Assembly (NCBI RefSeq): GCF_036321535.1
Contig: NC_087436.1
Location: forward strand, 54,376,001-54,440,000
Source: Camelus dromedarius
Taxonomy: Eukaryota
Direction: 5' to 3'
Length of the DNA: 64,000 bases
Shown: piece after piece, positions 52,201 to 64,000 of the stretch
Numbering within the stretch: position 1 is the first letter of the stretch
Layout of the letters: every line of letters begins with the position of its first letter
The notes under the pieces: model-generated
Database searches by the model: none
Told to the model about the DNA's origin: nothing
The model's input: the letters and a program-made list of their open reading frames with translations, nothing else
Made by a program: the position numbers and the translations under genes

Positions 52201-54819
52201 CATGTTTGTAGCCAAGGAAAATACACTTTTTTCAACAGTTACCGAATTCTTATCTCTGGTTTTCCTAATAACTCATTTTCATATTCTCCTAAAATATAAA
52301 CTCTGGTTTACCAGGCCATAGCACCTTGTTTATAAGTTGAGGTTTGTGGATTAGAATCATTGTTGGAGGAGAATCAGTGATAATAGAAGTAGTAAGGGAA
52401 GGAGGCTTTGCTTTGAATTCTCAATAGTAAAATCATTAGAAATATCAACTATTTTCTTCTCCAAGAAAGTCAGAGATGAGTTTTGTGTCCTCTATGACAG
52501 TTAATAACTGACAAGTGCCAAAATGTACTCCCTGTGGCCCTTTCTTTCTCCTGATATTACCCCGTACTGAGGATGATGCCCTTCAAGTTTCAGTGTGCTC
52601 CTCCCTTAGCCTTTACTTCACTAATTATGTTCTGACTAGCTATTGGTACTTAGTGCAGTGATGTTTCTTCTTCACTGATTCTGCCATTGATGTTGACCTA
52701 GTCATTCCCGGGGCAATTGATATTGACCTGTCTATGCTCATGTTCAATGGTTCTTCTCTTAAGCAAAGGGAATTATGGCTACAAATTAATATATCCTTTC
52801 ACTCAGAGTTTTTCAGTCTCAAGTTACTTTATTTGCCTTGAACATTCTTTTTCTTCCTTAGCTCCTTCCTTTCTTAGCTCTACAAGCTAGAAGATAGCAG
52901 TTTTAATGGGATCTTGTAAATTAGTAGCTACATGTACAAACTAATGCCACCTATGTTCAGCCAGGTTGCTTAAACAAGCTAGGGTACCCTAAACTCTCTC
53001 CTCCTTCAGAGTGAGCTCTCTGACCACCAGGTATTTTATGGAGAGAGCTATTAAATTATTCGTTTCCTCAACATTGATTAGGAATGTTGGACCTTGCATA
53101 TCCATATCAGTTTGTAGAATCAGGAATCAGGAATAGTCCCTGCTTTTTATATAAAGATGGTCTTAGATTAGTCCTCACTTGCCCGGATTCATATTATCCC
53201 CCTAAGGATTAGAATAGGTCACCTTCTGGCTACCGCCTGTATCAGTTGTCTTAAAATCATGTAAGATAGTTCATTTCATGTCGTGGAAAACATTAATTTC
53301 TTCATAATTGACTCTCATATAGTAGCTTGAACTTTATTTTCATGAGTTTGAAATATACATCATTCTGACTTGCTATTGTCAATAAAACGTAAAAAAAATC
53401 AACTGCTGTAATTTACTGGGAAAGAAAGGTGATGACAGTATTCACCCTATAGAAGTAAATACTTTTGTATTCCTAACTATTGGAAGCTATATATAAAAAG
53501 TGCTGGCCTAGAAAAAGTACTTTTGCTTCAGTAACTGCCTTAAGGATTTAAATATCCTTTAAGTGTAAAATTAGTTTTAAGGCTTCTCAAACCCTGAAAT
53601 ATGAGTGAAAGTTTTAGAGAAAATATTTCCAATTATAAGACAAAAGAAAAATTGAAAATTTTATGGGTATTATTTTATGCAAATAAATAAAATTATGGAG
53701 AGAGAAGATATACATGGTTTGGCATTTTCTTTCCCTATGAAATTTTGGCATTTTTCTCTCCTTATGAAATTTTGAGATGTCAAAGTTGATGATCTGAATT
53801 TTCTTTTTAACTTATTTTCATGAAAACTGAAGAATTCCTAAGTAAGACTTCCTCCTGAAAGACCAGTGTCTTAAATGAAGTTAAGTGGTTAAAAACTAAA
53901 CATAGTTCTTAAAGCTTATTCTGTTTAATATTATGAGTTCCAAACATCTCTACAATTAAATTATACCATTATTTAATGTCTCTTGCTGTTATATTACTAT
54001 TATGTTGTCATTTTTTTGTTCCAAAAAGGAGAGAAGTCTTCCTAAACTTATCTAGCAAATACACTGTTTAATAATCATGTAAACTGTCTATCTACTTCCC
54101 TATCTGGAAGTTACTAATTGTTTTGTATATAAAATAGCAAGTATCACAACCACCATCAATGAGTGCTGTATTTTCCCCTTGCAATAGTAAATCAACCTTT
54201 TCACTTAAGAGAGAAGAAAGAGACATAAATATCCTCAATAAGCCTTTCATATATAAGTGACAGTTTTAAATAGTACCTTTTTCTATGTATGACACATACT
54301 ACCTTATATGGATCAAAATATTTTTCAGTTTCTTGATGATAAGAAGGAAGATGTGAATATAGCTGCTTACAAATACAGAGTCCCCTGTCATTTAAGTCCT
54401 CAGATGCTTTTCTCTCAATCTTGTATTATTTCCTTTCTGTAGCCCAAAGATTGACTAAAAAAGTAAAACTAACATCAGAAAGCATATTCAGATGAATGAA
54501 AAAGTTGTTTATTACCTTCTTTTGTGACTAAAGTGTAGTGGTTCAGTGCTGGATGAATAAGCAGTCAAGCTTTAAAATTGTTTTATTTCTGTAGTAGAAA
54601 ATATATAAGTTAATAAAGATGTATAAATGTCTTTCTGATCTCTGTCTGAGTGAAAGATCTTCAGTTAGATTTCCTGGTGTAATAATTAATAATTATTTAT
54701 TGAATTAGTAAATGTGATGCCAATTTTTCTTCACTATTCTATAAGACTGTTCTACCTTCATTTCTATATTTCAGTAATTTCAGTTAACTGCTGACAGATC
54801 AGAGACATATGTGGCCTGT

Positions 54820-55266
54820 TTTCTTTAAATTGAAATACAGATGATGTATAATATTGTATGTTACAGATATACAATATAGTGACTCACAATTTTTAAAGAT
54901 TATGCTCCATTTTTAGTTATTATAAAATATTGGCTACATTTCCTATATTGAATATATTCTTGTAGCTTACTTTATATAACAATTTGTACCTGAGTCTCCT
55001 ACCCCTTTATGCCCCTCCCGTCTTACTCTTCCCACAGTAACCATTAGTTTGTTTCTTACATTTGTGAGTGTTTCTTTTTTGTTATATTCACTAGTTTTTG
55101 TATTTTTTAGATTCTGCATATAAGTGATATCATACGGTATTTGTCTGACTTATTTCACTTAGCATAATAACCTCCAAATCCATCTATATTGTTGCAAATA
55201 GCAAAATTTCATTCTTCTTTATGGCTGAGCAGTATTCCATTGTATATGTGTGTGTGTGTGTGTGTG
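54820..55266 (-). mobile_element. Lineage-specific (cetartiodactyl-like) L1 3' end, 5' truncated, ending in (TG)10
   Basis: ttaaattgaaatacagatgatgtataatattg...tacaatatagtgactcacaatttttaaag...gacttatttcacttagcataata...agtattccattgta. Confidence 0.82.
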
Positions 55267-56459
55267 TATGACCAGTATTTTTAAATAATCTGATACCTAT
55301 TAGACATAAATAAGATCTCATATTATCTTATTAAGAACCTTGGCTTCATTGTCATTTCAAAAAATTCTGAATTGTTTTATTTTATTAGAGATCTAGCACT
55401 TTTCTGTTTGTATATTTATTTTCTTAATATGCACTTGCCCTAATTGAACTTAATTATATTTAAGATCTTTGATGTGAATATTTATAATTCCAATTACATT
55501 TTATATAGTCTACTTAATAACTTGATACAAGTAGCAGATAAGCAAGCAGATTTTCAAATTTTTAATATAATTTGGCTGAACTAATTTAAAAAAATTTATT
55601 AAAGATTTTCTTCATTTGAGTTTTAAATGAACTTCATTTGCTCATGTTATATCCTAATACTTGAATAAAGGTTAAACCCAGAAGTAGTAGATTGCTAAAT
55701 GGAATAACTTAATATTTATGTACATATTATATGAAAATTGACTTTAGGTTACAAAATTTGGGACTTGAAGTATCCTGGAACATTACCTAATTCAGCTCTT
55801 TACTCTGCTCTCTAATTTTATTCTTTCATTGACTATCTAGCATGCAAAGAATTGAGCTGTATACTGTGAAGAATACATAAGTAGATTAGTCTCTAAGTTG
55901 TTTACAATTGAATTGGGAGATAAAAAATACAAGTGTATAATTAAAAAGATAGTGGTTTAGTACAAAACAATTTCAGAGTATATACCAGTTTTTTTCTTTG
56001 CATGTGATATACATGTTATAATATAGTCAGAAGATCCCTTTTTAATTCTGACCTTATGACTACTGATTTTTTAAGAAGCAGACCAATTTCCAAATCCCTC
56101 TTCCACTCCACACAGGCAGCTGGAAGGAAAGGCTGAGAATCTTAAGATTCCGTGCATATACTTTCATTTGTTCTCTTTATCCTGGACTTCAATTAAAAAA
56201 CATAATAAAATCTTAATTTTGTAATTTGAGAGAAAATGAACATTTCCATTTGTAAAATTTGTCGTATAAAATAATTTTAGAGAAAAAGTAAATAACATTT
56301 TATAAACCTAAGTGCAGTACATTTGCTGCTCTGATGTATTTCATCTAATGGATAAAAAAAGATCCTCAACTAACTAAAAAGTAATTTAAAATAATGATTT
56401 AAAAATCATCAAGGAAATAAAACTATTATTTGCCAACCAATGAATTTATGTACATATGT

Positions 56460-57430
<971 letters not shown>

Positions 57431-57780
57431 ATTTGTGTATATATAGGTTTTTGTGTGGAAGTAAATTTTCAGCTCATTTGGGTAAATAGATTTGAGATTG
57501 CTTTCTTTTTTAATTGCATTGGCTAAGACTTCCAGTAAAATACTGAATAAGAATGGTAAGCAGGAACATCCATCTCTTGTTCCTGGTCATAGGGAAAAAA
57601 ACATGTAGTTTTTCACCATTAAATAAAATGTTAGCTGTAGAGATTTCTGTAGATGTTTATCAAGTTAGGCTATTTCCTGTTTATTCCTAACTTGCTGAGA
57701 GTTTGTATCATGAATGGGTGTTGGATTTTGTCAATTGCTTTTTCTGCATCTTTAATATGATCATATGATTTTTCTTCTAG
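57431..57780 (-). mobile_element. Older L1 ORF2 fragment
   Basis: gcattggctaagacttccagta...catccatctcttgttcctggtcataggg...atcatgaatgggtgttggattttgtcaa. Confidence 0.7.
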
Positions 57781-57799
57781 TTAAATCTCCTTATAAACA

Positions 57800-58286
57800 T
57801 GTTAAAAGCAGACATCCTTGCAATCACACCAGTAGTATTTACTAGATAGAGCTCCTACCCATGGAATGCATTTATAGCAGGATGGACCTGGTCTGTCAAA
57901 ACTCCTAATTGTAAATAAATCTGAAATTTATTGATTTATACAGCGCAGCTCTCCAGAAAATGTCACTTAATCTATGCAATTATGGGCATATAAAATAGAG
58001 CTCTGAAATGACTAAATAGCTTCCTTTTGTGTAAGTAATGTTATTCATGCCATCATTTAGAAACTGCACATGTTTGTCTGGGCCAAGACCCATCATGTGA
58101 CAAGGAAAGGAAACTGACATAAATATGCTGATGATCATGCTGTTTGCTGTGCCTTGAGTTGCAGAGTTCTTTGTCTCTGACCTAGGAATCTCACTGTTTT
58201 TGCCAGCATCATAAAACAGTAACTGGCCATCTTATTAGCTTGTAAATGAGTAAAATGGAATCTCAACCCAGTGCATTTCACTGGCA
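57800..58286 (+). mobile_element. MER34/MER39-group ERV1 solo LTR
   Basis: The 3' part gttctttgtctctgacctaggaatctc...tgccagcatc...cttattagcttgtaaatgagtaaaat...atctcaaccc resembles the MER34-group U5. Confidence 0.6.
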
Positions 58287-58424
58287 ACAGTTGGCTGGTG
58301 CTACTTAGCAGCTGCCCCTTTCAATAAATCATGTTTTCTCTGGTTTCCCATGGTCTCCACTACTGTGGCTCACTGTCAGTTACGTCTTTTTATAACTGAG
58401 TTTTTATTTTCTTATTGTAAAATT

Positions 58425-58712
58425 AAGAGTCATTGTAGAATAGTGATTAGCACTAAGGACTCAAACTATGATTCCTATGTTCAAATTTAAATTTCACTAC
58501 ATAAACCTGTATAACTTTAGGCAAGCTACTTAAGGTTTCTGTGCCTTTGCTTTCCCATCTGATAATGATGATGGAGACAATAATGATACTTTCTTTATGT
58601 TTGTTGTAAAGATTCACTGACTTAGGTACTAACTGAATTCTGCTTAGTTCACTGAGTTAATATGCTTGAAGTACTTAGAATTGTGCTGACCATATAGTAA
58701 ATGTTAGTTATT
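58425..58712 (+). mobile_element. MIR
   Basis: ctgtataactttaggcaagctacttaaggtttctgtgcctttgctttcccatctg...gtacttagaattgtgctgaccatatagtaaatgttagttatta. Confidence 0.8.
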
Positions 58713-61538
58713 ACTCTTCAAAACCATGTCCCTATTTAGAATGAGAAAGTAAAGAAGGGATATTTAGGTCAGAAATTAGGAGTAAGATATTATTTGTGGG
58801 ATTTTTCTTGTGTTTATGCAAAGTGTATTTGTTTTGGAGAATTAACTTGTTAACATTCCAGGTAATCATGGCAAGCTGGAAACATAACATTACATAGTTA
58901 TCCTTGTGATCTAATTTTTGTCATTATTTTTAGATTTTATGGAAGTTTACATTAGAAATTTAAAATTTGTCAGAAACTAAAAGTAGCAGAAAGTTAGATA
59001 TAATCTCAACAGTGAGAAAGGAGCATCTTATAGAATATTCTAAGCTTTCACAGTATAAAAGACTATCTCCAAATATTATCAGAACATCCATTAATGATTA
59101 AGTGATTTAGAAATAGCACCAATGCTCAATTTATTCAATTCAGATTTTCAAAAACAGAAAAGCTAAATATGATTTGGTATTTCTTCCTGAGTAAAAGATT
59201 CTCAAGATATTTTCCATCTGTCAATTTATGATGATGTCAGAGATAAATTAATCATTCATTTTTTTTGAGGTTGTAATCTTGGCTCTCTTGGCCACATTCT
59301 TTTATAAACGACATATTTTTGAAGTTACAGCTTTTTTGGATCCCTGGTAGAGAGCCTACTATGACCTATATAATTTGTGAAATGTGGTAAAATGAACTTT
59401 CTGCAATTGACAGTAATCTATAGGAAAAAATTCATAAAGTAGACAAATACCTACATTATAAAGATACTGTGAATTTGATCCTGAACATTTTCTGTAATAG
59501 TGTATGAACAAGTGTTTTATTATTAGTGGTGATTTAGAAAAATAGCATTTGACTCAAATAGTTCTTAATTCAGTAGTTGCTAAATTCAAAGAGAAAGTTG
59601 ATTCTATCAGTACATCCAACGCTGTCTACAAATCCTAAATCGGTAATGATGCTGCAGATCACTATGTGATTTGATTGTTATATCACAAGAGAAATTAAAC
59701 AAGGGTATAAACAGAGCAATTACATTAAACAATATTAGAGTAACTCTGCCACACCTAGAAATCTCTTTTAAGTAATTCTCACGTAAGGCTGTTTCAACAC
59801 TTATGTTGATTTTTTAAAATGAAGATGATAAACTAGTAAAGTTCTGGCTTCTGATTTGATTTTTTAAAAAAGGCATGCCTTTTGTAAATTGCTGAATTGC
59901 TTATGCAGTCAGTTCCACTTCACTAGAAACAAAGGAAAGAGATGTGTGCTATCATGGTCCATAAAAACAGAGACTTTAAAAATTAACTCCTAAACTTAGA
60001 ATGCCAATTTATGAACATCCTGGGAACCTAGTGACATCAGTCACACTTAAAATTTAAGGAAACAAAATTTATGGTATTCTGGGCACCTAAAATGGTTATA
60101 AAATCAAGCTTCATTGATCCCTGCTATAGCATCTAATTTCTCCCATAAATGTTATTTTTTGCGCTGGCTGGAACACTTCCTGAAAGATTCTAGTAAATTT
60201 CCTTTTCTTGTTTCTATATAGAACATAAAATGAGGCTGTTCACATTAGAGGTCAGCACCACTGCTCAATTCAACATCTACACATTATTTAAAACTTATGT
60301 TTTCTAGTTAAGAATGATCATTTTCTTAGACCTTTTCACTTCTTTTTTACTTCCATTGGCACTAATGGATTCTCTTTGGGTCTATATTTGTCCAGGAAAT
60401 ACAGTTGTAATAGATCTGTGTTACTGCATATGAAGAGACAAATAGAACATAACCAGTTTAAATTAAATTGCAGATACTAACATCCTAACAACAGGGAATG
60501 TGAATATATGCTTGAGGAGAATCACAAATCATAGATTTTTTACAAATGCTTAAAATAATTAAAACTTTTTGTGATAAATTCATTAAAGCCAAATTCTTAG
60601 ATAGTTGTGGTTACAGTTACTATCATGTATTAGCCAAGTGCAAGATGATGTTGGAGGTGGGGAAATCATAAAGGGAGAACTATATATATATCTTGTTATT
60701 ATTGAAGTCCTTGTAGGTAGCTCTAGTCTTTAGGAGTTAACCCTTAAGACCGACACAGGAGCTCCACTGGCTTTTATACCCCCTCTCACTTTAGTCAGAT
60801 CCAGAGAATTTGAGAACTGAGTCCCAGATTCTTAATATTTAAAACAGAAATAATAATAGAACATATTTTATAGGACATTTTAAGTATTATGCAAAAAGTA
60901 TATATGCTGGCTGGGGCATAGTAAGTGCCGATTACATTATTTATACTTGGGTTTTAATTTTTTTTTTTTTTATCATTAGAAGGCACCATTTTAAAAACAA
61001 GAAATTTTTATATGCATAACCTAATCTATTAGTAAATACTTAATTTGAGTTCTATTGTATTTGTATATAAATTATTTCAAAATGTTTGTGTGTTAACTTT
61101 GTTCCTCTTACATGGATCTTCAGTTTCTTTTCTATGTGTTAGCAGAGAAATCTTTAATTTAGTGTACAGTTATTAAGTAGCTCTATATGTTCATTACTGG
61201 TATGATTTCATGGTGGTTCCAATTAGAAAACTGAAAAAAAAATTCAATCTAAGTATTATTTCTAAATTATATGCTAAATATGTATGATTAAAATGAACTT
61301 TGGATATTTTTGTTGAAGTATATGCTTCCTGCAGTATCCAGCATTTCCATTTACTATTTTTCTCTTAATATATTCACACATAAATCATAACATCTACAAA
61401 AAAATTTAAGATTTTATATAGTTTTTTCCCCAGATGACATTATCTAATGGTATATATTGATTTTTCATGATTCTTTAAGAAGATTTTTATGTACAATTTT
61501 AATGAGAACTAAAACAACCTCCTAATCTTAAAAATGTC

Positions 61539-62494
61539 TGTGTTGATTAAGAGTAGGCTTAGATGCATATGAAAGAAATCTTAAAATAACTATAGAAATT
61601 TCTTTCTCCCTCATGTAAAAGAGATAGGCAGTCATAAAAAAGAATGAAATATTGCCATTTGCAGCAAAATGAATGAGCTTAGAGATTATCATACTAAGTG
61701 AAGTAAGTCAGACAGAGAAAGACAAATACCATATGATATTACTTATATGTGGAATCTGAAAAAAATGACACAAATTAACTTATTTACAAAACAGAAAGGA
61801 CTCAGACATAGAAAACAAGTTTATGGTTACCAAAGGGGGAAGCGGGGATTAGCAGATATAAACTACTATATACAGAGGAAGTAAACAACATCAGGGTCCT
61901 ACTGTAGAGCACAGGGAACTAAATTCAATACCTTGTTATAGCCTATAATGAAAAAGAATATGAAAAAAAATACATATCTACATATAAAAATAACTGAACC
62001 ACTTTGATGTACACCAGAAACTAACACAACGTTGTAAATCAACTATACTTCAATAAAATAAAATAAAATAAAATAAAATAAAATAGGTAGGCTCAGATGC
62101 ACATAAAAGAAAACTCAAAATAACTATAGATGTCTCTCTCTCATGCAAAAGAGACAGGCAGTCTAGGGCTCATATAGGGGCTCCATGAAGTCACCAGGAA
62201 CAGGGGCTTCAGCCACTTAGTGATCCTGGCCATGTAGTCTTTACCTTCCTAGTTCATGAGTGCTATTCCAGACATCACATCCAGTTCCATGTTTGGGGGT
62301 AGGAGGGAAGGGTATCCCCTCTTCTTCTGAAGGAAATACTACCCAAATTTGCCCCCCAAAATTACTTTTGTAATTGGACAACAATTCCTTTTACTTGTTC
62401 GTAGCCAGTTCTTAATAGATACATGGTTCCCTTAAGCTATAAGGGGCCCAGCTAAAAATTGGGATTTTAAAACCAATTAGCAGTCTCTGCCACA
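61539..62494. mobile_element. MLT1J-like MaLR solo LTR interrupted by an L1
   Basis: TG start at 61539 and end caattagcagtctctgccaca at 62494; TSD atgtc (61534-61538) / ctgtc (62495-62499). Internal aggcagtctagggct...ccagacatcacatccagttcc. Confidence 0.7.
61634..62086 (+). mobile_element. Lineage-specific L1 3' end (~450 bp, 5' truncated) with (AATAA)n tail
   Basis: ataaaaaagaatgaaatattgccatttgcagcaa...ctaagtgaagtaagtcagacagagaaagacaaatacc...gtacaccagaaactaacacaacgttgtaaatcaactatacttcaataaaa. Confidence 0.92.
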
Positions 62495-63229
62495 CTGTCT
62501 TTTGGAGAATACAGATATGCCCTCAAAAGTGTTAAAAACAACATTAAATCTGACTTTGTAAACTAGAAAATTGGTCAGGCTATTACAACTTAGTCATCAT
62601 TTGTTTTTTCATGATTCAGTTGTGATAATAGCTGTAATTGGTTCTGCATCATCTGCTAAGAAAATGGTAGAGTTACTAAAAAAACAGTAAATGCCATGTC
62701 ATACTACTCAACCTTGTAATACATCAAACCATTTTAGAATTCCTTTAAAGCATTTTTTCTGGGTAGGTAACAATCTTCAGTTGCAAAGAGCATTTTATGG
62801 TTTATGAACTGAGAGTACTTGCCTATCCATTAGGAGTGTTGTTTTAAGACAATATTCATATTGACTAAAATGCTTTAGTAATTGACTTTCAAGAAAAAAA
62901 ATTTACCTCATACTTTTAATTTTGGAAAAAGCATAGAAAACTACTAATCTAAATCTGTTAAGGATTGAAATTGAAGTAGCTTTCTAATTCAGGAAGTTGT
63001 TCACATGAGTCATTCTCTTTATTCAAAGTAGCACTGCCTGTTCTTGCCTTCTGATGAAACTACTCAGATATGAGAGAAATCATCAGAAAATTTAAAAATG
63101 CAGGTTTTTGTCTGTTCTCGTTGTAAGGGAAACAAGTCATTTCCCTTAGAATTTAAGAATCTTGTTGCAGTACAGCTAATGATTTAACTTTAATTAATTT
63201 AGCAAGGCATACATAGCCTTTAAAAATTT

Positions 63230-63390
63230 GTGGAAATCTTTGAGAATTCATCCTCCAGGGCCATCATTTTACACTGAGGTACTATGGTCTGGAAAGTTCA
63301 AGTGACTTGGCAAGGTCACATTACTGAGTTAGTGGCAGTGCTAACACCAGGACTAAGGTTTTACTGTCTTTTAATCTAGTGCATTCTATC
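63230..63390 (-). mobile_element. MIR fragment
   Basis: catcattttacactgaggtactatggtctggaaagttcaagtgacttggcaaggtcacattactgagttagtggcag. Confidence 0.75.
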
Positions 63391-63474
63391 TCCCATTCCT
63401 TTTCTCCCTCCCTCCTGTGTTCTTTCCCTCCTCTGCTCCTTATATTTTATTAGCATTACCATTAAACTATTCGT

Positions 63475-64000
63475 GTATCATACCAGGTTCATATGTAAAA
63501 AGAAAATCAATATATTATGGAAAAAAATAATACAGCGAATAAGGTGCTTATAACATTGTTGGAAAAGTTGGTGGAGGGAACGCTAGGCTGGGAATCTAGA
63601 AGTAACTTGCCAAACACCATGGTACAATCTAGCAGGGGAGCCGAGGCTGTTGCCACACTTTTCACATGCTTAAAACTAGTAACTAGAATCTAGAATAGTG
63701 GTGGGTGAGCCACACTGCCACTTGACAAGCATAAAGCTACAGAGGGGACTTTGGAATATTGCAGCTGAAAAACCTATATATCAACTATGTCTGCCAAAGA
63801 TAATAGCCTCCCTTTCAGTATTTCTGTCATCCCACATACGTGCATTTAATTCTTGGGACCCACTGTGTATCCAGAACCTCAACTGTAAAGAAGTCCGATA
63901 AATGTTGTCTTTAAGCTTGCAATCTCTCTAGTGCAAAGGAGGCACCCCAGAAGAAGTGCTTAGGAGGAAACTGGCTTTATATGTAAAACATATACAAACA
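63475..64000. mobile_element. Probable old ERVL-type LTR running to the window end
   Basis: TG start (tgtatcataccaggttc) and a GC-richer LTR-like body; family not confidently identified. Confidence 0.35.

Overview
AT-rich placental-mammal genomic DNA, almost entirely intronic. The only supportable coding sequence is one 116-bp internal exon on the + strand (41553-41668). It encodes [G]PATYNPVLQKSCSIPLLVKASKRFKDSKETTPGPATYE, which I recognise as a C-terminal PGP-repeat exon of STPG2 (sperm-tail PG-rich repeat containing 2). The rest is eutherian repeats: L1, L2, MIR, MaLR/ERV solo LTRs, hAT MERs and a near-full Tigger1. I saw no Alu, Bov-A/BovB, PRE1 or SINEC. The youngest L1 3' ends look cetartiodactyl, so a camelid-like genome is plausible (inference). 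Most notable: (1) a ~530-bp ancient mitochondrial ND1 insertion (NUMT) nested cleanly inside the Tigger1; (2) a 5'-truncated L1 flanked by an unusually long ~80-bp direct duplication; (3) a candidate frame-preserving 18-nt microexon upstream of the STPG2 exon; (4) microsatellites at the same homologous site in three separate L1 copies; (5) an internally collapsed full-length L1 with recognisable TSDs. I see no evidence for a novel multi-gene system. Repeat subfamily names are from recollection of consensus sequences and need RepeatMasker/Dfam confirmation.
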